Below, piece after piece: positions 39,985 through 49,246 of a stretch of 64,000 nt of DNA. Below the pieces are notes generated by a model, which saw only the letters and a program-made list of their open reading frames with translations, was not told the origin of the DNA and made no database searches. A program made the position numbers and the translations under genes. The DNA comes from a virus, in the IMG/VR virus record IMGVR_UViG_3300031788_000002, positions 32,001-96,000 of that record; one strand, given 5' to 3'. Position 1 is the stretch's first letter. Each line of letters begins with the position of its first letter.

Positions 39985-41492
39985 GTAGTTTCATCCCGAT
40001 CAAGCTTAATCCTGTCACCGGTAACCTCGCTCAATTTGCGCTGGCTGACGCGGCAGATTTAACGTCCATTACGCGCCGAGGTGCGAGCGGAAACCTGACC
40101 ATCGGTGGCAACATCGGCGCGTCCGATAAGCTTCAACTGGGTTCCGCCGCCGGCACCGTTGAAATTCTTGGCGCCTTTCTCGTAGATGGCTCGAGCACGG
40201 TGTCCGTCAATGAGACGGTTACGGGGAACTTCACGGTTGATGGCACGGTCAACCTTGGAAATAACGCCGGGCACACCATCAACTTGGGCGGAGGTACCGC
40301 CGATACCATCGCGCAGAACGCCACCGTAGCCCCCGGCGCGGGATTGGTGAGTATTGGCTCCAGCGTTTCACAATACGAGTTGGCGCTGTGGCTGAAGTCG
40401 GTGGGGGGCGCATCGAGTGGCAACCCAGGGCTGGCCGCGTACAACTTGCAAGCTTCCGGTACCAACGCCGGTGCCTACGCAATCGGTGTGGACCGTACGC
40501 GGATTAGTCAAGCGCAAACCACCAGTACGGATCTGATGGATGCCCTGGCGGACATGAGCGCGTCCATCAGTTCTGCGGGTACCCCAACACTTCAGAACGT
40601 GTACGGCAACGGGCAGTCCATTGCAGTGACGTCGGGGCACGGGTCCATCGCGTTCTCGAACAATACAAACTCCGACACCACGCCCGTTCTTACCCTTTCG
40701 AAGGCGCCCACGTCTGCGTCCACCGGCGGCGACGCCTTTGACATCACGGTCGGCGTGAATTCGACGGGCAATGTGTTGGTCATCAACAACGCGGGCTCGG
40801 GCAATGCGCTCGACGCGCAAAAAGCGGGGGTCTCGGTTTTCAAGGTCACCGGCGCAGGGGGTATCACTGGAGCCGGCGCTTCCGGGGCCCCGGTGGCCTT
40901 GGGCGCTACCGCGGCCAGCGCCACCCTTTCGACGACGACGTCGGGCAACGTCGTGTTGAGCTCCGCGGCCGAGATCAGTTTGACCGACAGTGGTTTGACG
41001 CTAACCCTGTCCCAGTCCAGCGCCCGCGCATTGGTGGAAACCGGTACCAACCAGGTGTTCAGCGGCGTGACCAGTCTTTTGGGGGGCCTCAACGCGTTGG
41101 CCACCAAAGCTGACACCCAGGGCAACATTCAATCCTTTGTTGTTTCAAGCGGCTACACCACGGCGGTGGGCGACGTCGTCGCATTGAATTCCTCGTCTCA
41201 GCTGGTGAAGTCGACGGCGGCCGGGGCGGCCAACGTGGACAATCTGGGGTGCGCGCTCGACGTCGTCGTGGGGAACGGCACCCTGACGTGCCGCGTGGCC
41301 ATGTTGGGCGCCAAGGTGACGGTGGCAGGGCAGACGTGGACGCCGGGCGGTGCTCTCTTCGCGCCGGTGGGCACGGGGGGTCCGCCTACCCAAGCCGCGT
41401 CGAGCACCACGGGAGACTTGGTTCAGCGCGTAGGGTGGGCGGCGACGGCGACAACGTTCTACTGGGATCCCGCCGTGGGCGTGGTTCTCTGA
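39981..41492 (+). CDS. virion fibre/decoration protein
   Basis: Gly/Ala/Thr/Ser-rich; TLQNVY; C-terminal cement-like module. Confidence 0.65.
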   Translation: MSSFIPIKLNPVTGNLAQFALADAADLTSITRRGASGNLTIGGNIGASDKLQLGSAAGTVEILGAFLVDGSSTVSVNETVTGNFTVDGTVNLGNNAGHTINLGGGTADTIAQNATVAPGAGLVSIGSSVSQYELALWLKSVGGASSGNPGLAAYNLQASGTNAGAYAIGVDRTRISQAQTTSTDLMDALADMSASISSAGTPTLQNVYGNGQSIAVTSGHGSIAFSNNTNSDTTPVLTLSKAPTSASTGGDAFDITVGVNSTGNVLVINNAGSGNALDAQKAGVSVFKVTGAGGITGAGASGAPVALGATAASATLSTTTSGNVVLSSAAEISLTDSGLTLTLSQSSARALVETGTNQVFSGVTSLLGGLNALATKADTQGNIQSFVVSSGYTTAVGDVVALNSSSQLVKSTAAGAANVDNLGCALDVVVGNGTLTCRVAMLGAKVTVAGQTWTPGGALFAPVGTGGPPTQAASSTTGDLVQRVGWAATATTFYWDPAVGVVL

Positions 41493-41504
41493 TAAAGACG
41501 GAGT

Positions 41505-42182
41505 ATGGCTACTCGAAAGCTCTCGCGTGTGAAGGCCCCTCCCGCACCCGTGCCGGTGTGCACTGTAGAGGCGTGCGCCGCTGTTCCCCCGCCGGCGCCG
41601 TCTGCGCCGGTTGAGGAGACGTTGTCGAATGAACAGATGGTGGCGCTTTACAACAAATTGCGCGCGTCGGAACGAGGGGAGTACGCGCTGCAAAACGAAG
41701 AACGCCAAGCGCTGGATCGTATGGAATCTTCCCGCAACGCCCGGTGGAGAGCCCTTCGAGAGGAAGTGCCGCGCCCGACGCTAAAGGAAACGCCTTTGGT
41801 GATGGCGCAAGCGCTGGCGCCCCCCGTTAGCATTCGGCATCAAGCCGAAGATGGCAGCATCACGCTGCCCATTCCCGAAGAGCTGCGCTGGAAGTTGGCG
41901 TACCTGGAGTTGAAACGGGAGAAGGCGCTCGAAGCGGTTGTAGCGCCTCTGCGGCAGCAATATGCGGAAGCACTGAAGCGCGCCTGCGACCAAGCGCTTA
42001 CCGTATCGCCCGAGTACCGCGCTGCGGTGAACGCTGTAAATAGCGCGTCGAACGAAGCTCTTGATGTATTGGAGAAATTGATCCCCAGCACACACGCGGT
42101 TGTAACGCTCAATCATGAACAAGGGTTCGCGCAAGCGGTTGTAAACCCTGAGATGCACAGCAAGCGCTTTCTTATTACCTGA
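41505..42182 (+). CDS. coiled-coil protein (possible fibre chaperone)
   Basis: GGAG RBS; charged and helical, between fibre genes. Confidence 0.55.
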   Translation: MATRKLSRVKAPPAPVPVCTVEACAAVPPPAPSAPVEETLSNEQMVALYNKLRASERGEYALQNEERQALDRMESSRNARWRALREEVPRPTLKETPLVMAQALAPPVSIRHQAEDGSITLPIPEELRWKLAYLELKREKALEAVVAPLRQQYAEALKRACDQALTVSPEYRAAVNAVNSASNEALDVLEKLIPSTHAVVTLNHEQGFAQAVVNPEMHSKRFLIT

Positions 42183-42183
42183 C

Positions 42184-42675
42184 ATGCCTATTGCCCTAAA
42201 GCTCGGTACCACCGGCAACCTGGCGCGCTTCGCTGTGGGTGATGCGCTGCTGGTTGACGAGATCGAAACGCTGAACCCTACGGGCAATCTGACAGTGGGT
42301 AGTTTGCTGGGTGCTACCCAGTCTCTTTACTTAGGATCGGCAGCGGCCACGACGGTTGTACAAGGCAACCTGTCGGTTATTGGGTCCTTCACGTTTTCGA
42401 ATTATGACCTGTACCTAGCGAATGATCCCGTTACCGTTTCAACAACGTACGCAAATACGTTCGTAGGAAACAAGCTGACGAACGAGACGTGGACGCGGGT
42501 AAGCGGTGGCACACTTCTTAAGAACATAGCGTACACGTACACGGGGAATAAAATGACCCAGGAAGTACGCACTATCTATGCGTCGAATGGTACGACTGTC
42601 GTTGCTCAGCTGACTGTGGCGTACAGTTATACTGGCAATAAGATGACGAGCGCCAACTCAACGCGCAACGTGTAG
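42184..42675 (+). CDS. virion fibre/decoration protein
   Basis: N-terminus similar to 39981; repeated YTGNKMT. Confidence 0.6.
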   Translation: MPIALKLGTTGNLARFAVGDALLVDEIETLNPTGNLTVGSLLGATQSLYLGSAAATTVVQGNLSVIGSFTFSNYDLYLANDPVTVSTTYANTFVGNKLTNETWTRVSGGTLLKNIAYTYTGNKMTQEVRTIYASNGTTVVAQLTVAYSYTGNKMTSANSTRNV

Positions 42676-42682
42676 GAGCCTT

Positions 42683-44278
42683 ATGTTTTCGTTTCCTGGC
42701 GCTGCAGCTCCGACCTTCGCGGATCCCAATACGCAAGCGGTGCACACCAATGCGTCTGTGAGCGCCAGCGGGTCCGTTGTTCTTTCAGGTTACGGAGCGG
42801 GTTCGCTCGAGCTCATCGTCAACATCACCGCGTCGCCCACGGGAACGCTACCGACGCTCCAGTACACCGTCACCGAGGTGGACCCGGTAACGCTGACCGC
42901 AACCGTTGGGGCCGCGCATTCTTCCAATGTGTTCAGCGCCATCGGGATTCAAGTGTTGACCATTCCCACGCAAAGTGGCGCGGTGAAAGTAGCGTGGACG
43001 ATAGGAGGTACGGGCTCTCCCACGTTCACGGGGGTGAACGCGTCGGTAAGTGCGAAGGCCGACGTTGCGGTGGGTGCGGTAGGCGCTGCAGCACCGTTAA
43101 CGGCCGTGCAGGTCGCGGGCTCCGATGGAACTAATCTGCGCGCGCTTGCCACCAATACGTCAGGGCAGCTGGTTGTCGCCCCCTTAACTACCACAGATAA
43201 AAGTGGTTCCGGGACGCTAGGGGCCCTGAACGCTACGCTCACCGTTCCACTCAACGGATGCACTACGTTGACGTGCAGCACAACCGGTACGTGGAACGGT
43301 ACGGTAGAGGTTTTTGGGCAAGCTGGGGATGGACAGTGGGTTGGGCCCTTGCCCATTTTATTTGCCTATTCTTTTCAAAACTATTCCCTCAATCAAGGGT
43401 TTAACTTTGCAAGCAACATCGTCGGCAGCGTTAACGTCGGTGGCTATACCCAAATACAGCTTCAAATGACGGCGTATACGTCGGGTACAGTTACCATTAC
43501 GTGGAATGCTTCCGTTGCACCTGGGACTACAGGTGCTGTTGCTCTACTACCGGATCAAGCAATTGCAATTGCGGGGGGTCTGACTGCATACGGGCAAACC
43601 TTTTACAATAACCCCATTTGTATCGGCGGCGTTGACGGGGGTGGGTTATTGCGCTCCGCATTAACGGACACGTCGGGGCGCCTAGTTGTTACACAAACAA
43701 CGGCTACGAATCTTAAAGCACAAGTCGTTGGCCCGAACACGCTCGCGGATGCAACCGCCAACGCAGCAACTGCAGTACCCGCCCAGGCGTTTATTTCGGG
43801 GTACAATGGCACAACGTGGGACCGCACGCGTTCAGCTGGAAATGCAGCGGATGCTTTGGCCACGGTGGCATTGGGTGTCATCTACGTTAATGCGTTCAAC
43901 ATGGGGTACAACGGCACAACGTGGGACAGATTGAAGTCCAGTACCGCTAACGGTCTTCAAGTCGATGTAACGCGTGTGCAGGGGACGGTTTCAACAAAGC
44001 CAACGACCGCATCGACCCCGGCCGTCACACAAGTAGCTGGCAGTGCATCGAACGTGGTGCTCAAAGTTGCCAACGCCAATCGGTTAGGTTTACTCATCTA
44101 CAACGACAGCACAGCCATCCTCTATGCAAAGCTGGGGACGACTGCGTCGAGCACCAGCTATTCGGTGCAGCTTGCACCCCAAACTTCTTTTTCAATCCCC
44201 TTTGGATATACGGGAGAGGTCGATGGTATCTGGGCATCGGCTGCGGGAAACGCGTACGTTACAGAGTTGACTGCGTAA
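42683..44278 (+). CDS. virion fibre protein
   Basis: AGGAG RBS; GSDGTNLR, GYNGTTWDR x2, NRLGLLIYNDS module. Confidence 0.7.
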   Translation: MFSFPGAAAPTFADPNTQAVHTNASVSASGSVVLSGYGAGSLELIVNITASPTGTLPTLQYTVTEVDPVTLTATVGAAHSSNVFSAIGIQVLTIPTQSGAVKVAWTIGGTGSPTFTGVNASVSAKADVAVGAVGAAAPLTAVQVAGSDGTNLRALATNTSGQLVVAPLTTTDKSGSGTLGALNATLTVPLNGCTTLTCSTTGTWNGTVEVFGQAGDGQWVGPLPILFAYSFQNYSLNQGFNFASNIVGSVNVGGYTQIQLQMTAYTSGTVTITWNASVAPGTTGAVALLPDQAIAIAGGLTAYGQTFYNNPICIGGVDGGGLLRSALTDTSGRLVVTQTTATNLKAQVVGPNTLADATANAATAVPAQAFISGYNGTTWDRTRSAGNAADALATVALGVIYVNAFNMGYNGTTWDRLKSSTANGLQVDVTRVQGTVSTKPTTASTPAVTQVAGSASNVVLKVANANRLGLLIYNDSTAILYAKLGTTASSTSYSVQLAPQTSFSIPFGYTGEVDGIWASAAGNAYVTELTA

Positions 44279-44287
44279 GGAGACCGC

Positions 44288-44626
44288 ATGACTTCGCAAA
44301 CGTTAACCGCCGTCATTGCTTCGTGGACCCCCGTCAATGTGAATGCCGGTACGTATACTTGTCAGTACTTCGTGCAGGATCAACCAACAACAGCCGCATC
44401 CACCATGTTCTGGTATCGGGGTATGGTCCAAGCACAGGCTCTGCCGGCAGCGCCCGCGACCGCTGCTATCACACCGGTTACGCTCACGGGTTTGACGCAG
44501 GCGGCCCTTCTACAAAGCTTGCAAGCCGATGTAGCTAACCTCGTCGTCGCTTTGACAGCAAAGTACCCGACGGTTATTACGGTTCCAATCGGCTATGCAA
44601 CGCCGGTCATCGTGAATATTCCGTGA
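44288..44626 (+). CDS. hypothetical protein
   Basis: AAGGAG RBS. Confidence 0.6.
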   Translation: MTSQTLTAVIASWTPVNVNAGTYTCQYFVQDQPTTAASTMFWYRGMVQAQALPAAPATAAITPVTLTGLTQAALLQSLQADVANLVVALTAKYPTVITVPIGYATPVIVNIP

Positions 44627-44627
44627 T

Positions 44628-45161
44628 ATGAGCTACTTGATCGCTGATGCGCAGGATGTCGTTCCTCTCAGCCTCGTGGTGGAGCGCGAGGGCGTGGGGG
44701 GTATCGCGGGGTTATCCCCCACGGTAGCTCTGCGCCTCGGGGAAGATCCAACACAATACTTGGACTGGTCCCTCATGGCCTTCAAAGCCAGCGGATGGGT
44801 AACGAAGTACAAGACCATGACGGGGGTTGAGCGCGGGCACTACTACACGCTTCTCAGCTTGCCGACGTTGGGGGCTGTAGCCGGGGCGTCTTACGTGGCA
44901 CAGTTCAACGTGAACAATGGCGCCGATGTTCAAGGGGAGGCCGAGGACGTTCTTTTAGTGACCTCGGTCGCTACGGATGTTGCGTTGCTTCGAAAGGCGC
45001 TGACCAACCGAATGGAAGAATCTCCGGGCAACCCAGGGCAGCTCACCCTGTTTGACGATGACGGCTTCACCGTTTTGGCGCGGTGGCAGCTTACGGACAC
45101 GACCGGGGGGGCGGTGGTCAGCAGTTTGGGGACGCCGGCGCGTCGGAGCGCGCGCGTGTAA
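44628..45161 (+). CDS. virion structural protein
   Basis: LRKALTNR...LTLFDDDGFT.L..W.L C-terminal module. Confidence 0.6.
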   Translation: MSYLIADAQDVVPLSLVVEREGVGGIAGLSPTVALRLGEDPTQYLDWSLMAFKASGWVTKYKTMTGVERGHYYTLLSLPTLGAVAGASYVAQFNVNNGADVQGEAEDVLLVTSVATDVALLRKALTNRMEESPGNPGQLTLFDDDGFTVLARWQLTDTTGGAVVSSLGTPARRSARV

Positions 45162-45373
45162 TGCGCAGCGGCTTTCTTGCGTTGACGGGCGTTCCTTTCG
45201 GAACGCTTACGATCACCCGGGGCCTCGGGGGTTTCGGCACAGGGTTGGTGGAGCCGGTTGTAGAGGAGGGCGCGGAGCTTCCACGTCCGGCCCCGCGAGC
45301 GGTGCCCGAGAACAAGAAGGCGCCCACGGCGCTTGTTTACCAACCGATGGCTAAGAAAAAGAGGGGGCGCTAA
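45161..45373 (+). CDS. small hypothetical protein
   Basis: TAATG coupling; ITRGLG motif. Confidence 0.45.
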   Translation: MRSGFLALTGVPFGTLTITRGLGGFGTGLVEPVVEEGAELPRPAPRAVPENKKAPTALVYQPMAKKKRGR

Positions 45374-45380
45374 GCGCCCC
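45355..45380 (-). terminator. intrinsic terminator ending the replication block
   Basis: GGGGCGC-TTA-GCGCCCC followed by CTCTTTTT on the minus strand; convergence point of the two blocks. Confidence 0.65.
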
Positions 45381-45384
45381 TGTA

Positions 45385-45573
45385 TCAGTCGAGCTCCGCC
45401 CCTTGCAAACGGCGCAGGGGGGAGTCCGGCGCCCCGAAAACTTCGAGGCCCGCCAGCGCTACGATGTCCCGCAAAGACGCTTCGGGCGCCGTCGGGTCAA
45501 CGTCGATAAGATCCTCAGGCCGAGGAAGAACACAGCCCGGCCAGAGGTTCGCGCTGGCCGCTAGGCTTTTCCC
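45385..45573 (-). CDS. -1 frameshift extension of the 45561..46496 gene
   Basis: Slippery G GGA AAA at 45573-45567; -1 frame open to TGA at 45387-45385; no evident RBS-preceded start of its own. Confidence 0.7.
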   Translation of the reverse strand, partial: GKSLAASANLWPGCVLPRPEDLIDVDPTAPEASLRDIVALAGLEVFGAPDSPLRRLQGAELD

Positions 45574-46496
45574 ATGAGCGACGCCAAGAGATCTGCCGAG
45601 AGCTGCTCGTCGTAGCCCTGGCGGAGGTGCGCCTTGTAGTATTCCAGCAGTTGCGTGTGATCCATGTTCAGCGCGCGCTCGGTGAGCATCATCAGCATCA
45701 TCAACTGGACGTTCGTGAGCTTGACGCCGCCAGTTACACGCTTGTTGAGCTCGGTCACGCTGGCGGACAGCTGTTCCTGCACCAAGGTCAGCCGCTGGAT
45801 GGTCTCGGCAATTTGGAGAAGCGTGACGTTCGTCTCCCGAGCGTTGGTTCCTTGCGGCTGTTGCATGGCGGGCTGTTGAGGAAAGGGGATCGGTTGCTGC
45901 ATGGGTTGCTGCGGCACGAGTTGCGGGTTCGTCGACATACCAGGTCCCGGCATCGTCGGCATCCCGAAAGACGTCGGGGAGTTCATCGGCATCGTCGGCA
46001 TCCCGAAGGACGGCGGCGCGTTCATCGTGTTTGGCATCTGGGTAGGGATTTGTCCCGGCATCGACTGCGGTTGCGAAGGCATTTGACCGGGCGCACCCAT
46101 GTGCGGGGGGAGCATGTGCGCGGGGATCACGACAGGGACTTGCGGCCCGGGCATCTGCGGGTTGAAGCCCCCCGGTTGCTGTTGTTGCTGTGGAAAGCCG
46201 CCTTGCACCGGCTGTTGCTGGAAGGGCAGTTGCTGCGGGTTGTTCGGCATTTGGGGCGGCATCTGGGGGTTGTTGTTCATGGCAGTTCCTTTTCTCTTGT
46301 CATGCTCGATCAGCGCGTCCGCAACGGTTTGAGCGCGGGCGTCCACGCTGAGGTCATGAAATGCGATCTTTTGTTCTTCCGTGCTGCACAAACCCATCAA
46401 GTGCATGAGCCTGTACAAGCCGGCCAATTGATACTGTGTTTTGAGGGCAGCGACATCGCGGGGGGCGGTATCGATGCTTACAAGGGCGATTCCCAC
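45561..46496 (-). CDS. Pro/Gln/Met-rich low-complexity protein with C-terminal coiled coil
   Basis: AGGAG RBS; GTG overlapping the upstream TAG; 311 aa. Confidence 0.8.
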   Translation of the reverse strand: MGIALVSIDTAPRDVAALKTQYQLAGLYRLMHLMGLCSTEEQKIAFHDLSVDARAQTVADALIEHDKRKGTAMNNNPQMPPQMPNNPQQLPFQQQPVQGGFPQQQQQPGGFNPQMPGPQVPVVIPAHMLPPHMGAPGQMPSQPQSMPGQIPTQMPNTMNAPPSFGMPTMPMNSPTSFGMPTMPGPGMSTNPQLVPQQPMQQPIPFPQQPAMQQPQGTNARETNVTLLQIAETIQRLTLVQEQLSASVTELNKRVTGGVKLTNVQLMMLMMLTERALNMDHTQLLEYYKAHLRQGYDEQLSADLLASLMGKA

Positions 46497-46891
46497 TACT
46501 TTCTCCTGAGCTGCGTTAGGCGCTGTTGATGATCGGGGGAGAGCTCGGACCAACAAGCCGACACCTGCATATCAACACAGCGATAGCAGGGCTTTGCGTC
46601 GACCTTGGCAGGGTCTGGGTTGCGAATGTTCTTCGCCGGGCACTTCAGCTGTGCCTGTAAGTTGCTCCAAAACTCGGTGATGAACGTGATGAGGTTGACG
46701 CGCAATTCATCGAGGGCGTTGGGCTCTACGACAAACTCTTTACCCAAAAGCGCCTCGATGTACGCTGCGCGGTACCAGTTCGGTTGAACCGGTAGTTCCG
46801 CATGACGGCAGAGCTGGTAGAGCTCCGTGCGGTTCATGTGAGCGAAGAGTTCATAGAGCTCTTGCGTGGAGGAATCGAGCGATGGGTCCAT
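46496..46891 (-). CDS. hypothetical protein (helical N-terminus, Cys-rich C-terminus)
   Basis: MNRTELYQLCR; CP...CYRC...C. Confidence 0.7.
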   Translation of the reverse strand: MDPSLDSSTQELYELFAHMNRTELYQLCRHAELPVQPNWYRAAYIEALLGKEFVVEPNALDELRVNLITFITEFWSNLQAQLKCPAKNIRNPDPAKVDAKPCYRCVDMQVSACWSELSPDHQQRLTQLRRK

Positions 46892-47309
46892 CTTCGTCTT
46901 CGTTCCAGGCCCAGACTTCTGTGAAGGGGTCCTGATTCGGAAGGGTTACGGTTTTCGCACTTGAGATAGCAAAGTTTTGAGCGTCGTTACACCCGGCTGT
47001 TTTGGCGATGATATCTTCGAGTAACTTCACTCTATTGGACGCATCATTGCTCTTATGCCGAGCTACCTTCGTGGATTTCAGCCAGCGCTCGTTGTAAAGC
47101 TCTTCTTCGCGGAAGTGAAGTAGAAGAAGCACCTCGTACTCCACATTGGGGCGAAAGAACGCCAAGAAGTCAGGGTGGTTTTTTCCTAGAAACCCCTGCA
47201 CTTCGTTCTTGAAACGCTCCCCCTCTTTGGTCAGTTTACGGAAGCGCCCGCGGGTAAAGTACGCGTGGTTGGTCGACGGGGGAAAGAGGGGAAGGCAGAC
47301 GTACATCAT
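46851..47309 (-). CDS. rusA: RusA-like Holliday junction resolvase
   Basis: PPSTNHAY; DASNRVKLLED; ND.Q. Confidence 0.8.
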   Translation of the reverse strand: MMYVCLPLFPPSTNHAYFTRGRFRKLTKEGERFKNEVQGFLGKNHPDFLAFFRPNVEYEVLLLLHFREEELYNERWLKSTKVARHKSNDASNRVKLLEDIIAKTAGCNDAQNFAISSAKTVTLPNQDPFTEVWAWNEDEDGPIARFLHARAL

Positions 47310-47890
47310 GGGGGTGTCAAGCGTCGGAGTCCCCGGCGTCCTTGGTCCATGTTGGTCATTTCGACGTTCTGCCCCCGAAGGGTTACCTGGCGGCTCAGTC
47401 CCTTGGCGTAGCGCTCGAGCGCCTCCAAGATGGCGGTGATTTGCTTGTTGGCAACTTCGAGGTCCTGTTCAAGCTTCAGAAGTTCCCGAAAGCGCGGCTG
47501 TTCCTTGACCAAGTCTCTCAGAACGGTTTCGGCAGGTTTCGGACGCTTACCGAGGGCCACTTCATTGCGTATGGTGGCGCGTAGGTCGACCCCGATGATG
47601 TCCATTTCATTGCGTATGGTGATGAGCCGCCCTTCGATCTCCGCCTTGGCGCAGCTCGTGTACTCGAACCAGCAATCCACCTGGCCCATCAGGATGGAAT
47701 AGGCGTCGCCTTCGAGGCGGGTGTATTGATCGGGATGAATGAGTGGGCGAGGAAAAGGGGGACGGCCCGGGGGGTCGAACCCCTTCATGGACAATTCCAT
47801 GAACACGTCGTCGTAGCTATCCCATGTCGCGTGTGCAGCGGCTTCTTGCTGTTGCCCCAAGCCGATGTTGCCGCCTACGTGCAGCGTCAT
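47306..47890 (-). CDS. helical protein, possible UvsY-like recombination mediator
   Basis: Long coiled helices ending LSRQVTLR; recombination context. Confidence 0.45.
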   Translation of the reverse strand: MTLHVGGNIGLGQQQEAAAHATWDSYDDVFMELSMKGFDPPGRPPFPRPLIHPDQYTRLEGDAYSILMGQVDCWFEYTSCAKAEIEGRLITIRNEMDIIGVDLRATIRNEVALGKRPKPAETVLRDLVKEQPRFRELLKLEQDLEVANKQITAILEALERYAKGLSRQVTLRGQNVEMTNMDQGRRGLRRLTPP

Positions 47891-48744
47891 GTCAGCCTCC
47901 TAGGTACGAGAGAACGTTTGCGGCTTTGCGCGTGCCGGGTATAGGCCGGTTCGCAGGGCCGTTCGAAGGGGCACCATGTGCAGTGGCGCCCTTCTTCTCG
48001 ATCGGGAAGTTGGTTCTGGGACGCAAGTAAGTGAATGTGCTTGGCCCGGCTGTCCATAAAGTTCCAAGCGTTGACGTCGAAGGGGATGAGCCAGGGGGTC
48101 TTTGGGGGTGTGTAGTTGCTGTTCGACTTGTTGTAATAAAGGATCCACGTCAGCGGAACATCGAGTAATCGCTGATACAGAGACACCTGCTGTACGTGGT
48201 CTTTATCCGGCTGCTTGATCTTGTCGTACTCCGGGGCGCTCTTGGTTTTGATCTCGAGCAGGATGCGCAAGTAAATATTTTCTTCCTGGTCGTAGAACGT
48301 GAAGAGGCCGTCGGCGCTGGACTGGTAAAGATACTGGGCGGCCAGGGCACTGGTTGTGGCGTCGATGCGTAGCTCGTGCTCGAACACGAGCTTGCCGCCC
48401 GTGTTGAAGCACATACGCTGGAAGTCGTCTTGCAGCAGTGCGTGCACCATGTGCCCCATGTCGAAGCGCATCTGCATGTTGACGTCCGCATCTTCTTCAT
48501 TGACGGTCTTCTGCGCATTTATCAACGAGTAGGCCGCGTGCCGACTGCAATGGCACAATTCAGACGCGTGAAGCCCCGGAGCACGGTCTTCGTCTCCGGG
48601 GATGAATGCATTCACCGTACGCCGGCGTTTGCGCTGCGACTTGTAGTGTTCGAAGATACCCTTTAGTGCGGCCACATGGGCGAGCAGGGGCTTCCAGTCG
48701 TTGAGGGGGTCGTAGAGGTCATTGATCGTTACGAGACGGGGCAC
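47887..48744 (-). CDS. Cas4-like PD-(D/E)XK exonuclease
   Basis: HASE..C.R, G..VH, ADG, LEIKT, QVSLY, C..CPF...C. Confidence 0.85.
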   Translation of the reverse strand: MPRLVTINDLYDPLNDWKPLLAHVAALKGIFEHYKSQRKRRRTVNAFIPGDEDRAPGLHASELCHCSRHAAYSLINAQKTVNEEDADVNMQMRFDMGHMVHALLQDDFQRMCFNTGGKLVFEHELRIDATTSALAAQYLYQSSADGLFTFYDQEENIYLRILLEIKTKSAPEYDKIKQPDKDHVQQVSLYQRLLDVPLTWILYYNKSNSNYTPPKTPWLIPFDVNAWNFMDSRAKHIHLLASQNQLPDREEGRHCTWCPFERPCEPAYTRHAQSRKRSLVPRRLT

Positions 48745-49246
48745 CGCTTACCTGCTTCCAGTGTTCATAGGGGACCAGGATCCACTGGTCGTCAACGTGC
48801 AGCGTCGACCGGTTGGTAAAGTTAATCTGGAAAAGGGGAACCTCACCGAGCGCACACTCAGAACGAATCTTGTCGAGGTCGGCTCTCTCCACCCTTATCC
48901 CCTTGGTGAAGGCGGTTTTATTCTCGATGCGGTACTTGCCCTTGACGCGGCCATCCCCTTTGCGCCAGGAGAGCGCCCCCGACCCCCGTTGACGGTGCCC
49001 GCCCATGTCCGCGGCTACCGCTTCTTCTTGCTTCATGGTCGCGCGCTTGACGCGCTTCGCGCTGGGCAGGGGGGGAAGCACGCTGGGAGCAAGGAGGGGC
49101 ACGTTGATGGGGCGCTCCGAGGTCATCGCCTCGAACAACCCATCGTAGTTACCCGTCCACACGCCCACCGCATTACCCACGGAGAACTGCCAGTTCATTC
49201 GTTCGGGCGTCAGCGTAATGGGAAGGATCTTCAGCGATACAAGCAT
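48719..49246 (-). CDS. PD-(D/E)XK nuclease, resolvase-like
   Basis: QEEAVA..MGG....GSGA...KGD......IENK. Confidence 0.7.
   Translation of the reverse strand: MLVSLKILPITLTPERMNWQFSVGNAVGVWTGNYDGLFEAMTSERPINVPLLAPSVLPPLPSAKRVKRATMKQEEAVAADMGGHRQRGSGALSWRKGDGRVKGKYRIENKTAFTKGIRVERADLDKIRSECALGEVPLFQINFTNRSTLHVDDQWILVPYEHWKQVSGAPSRNDQ

Noticed and set aside
47887-48744. Cas4-like gene as evidence of CRISPR-Cas
   Set aside because: No array or other cas genes; solo Cas4-like nucleases are common in phage recombination modules.
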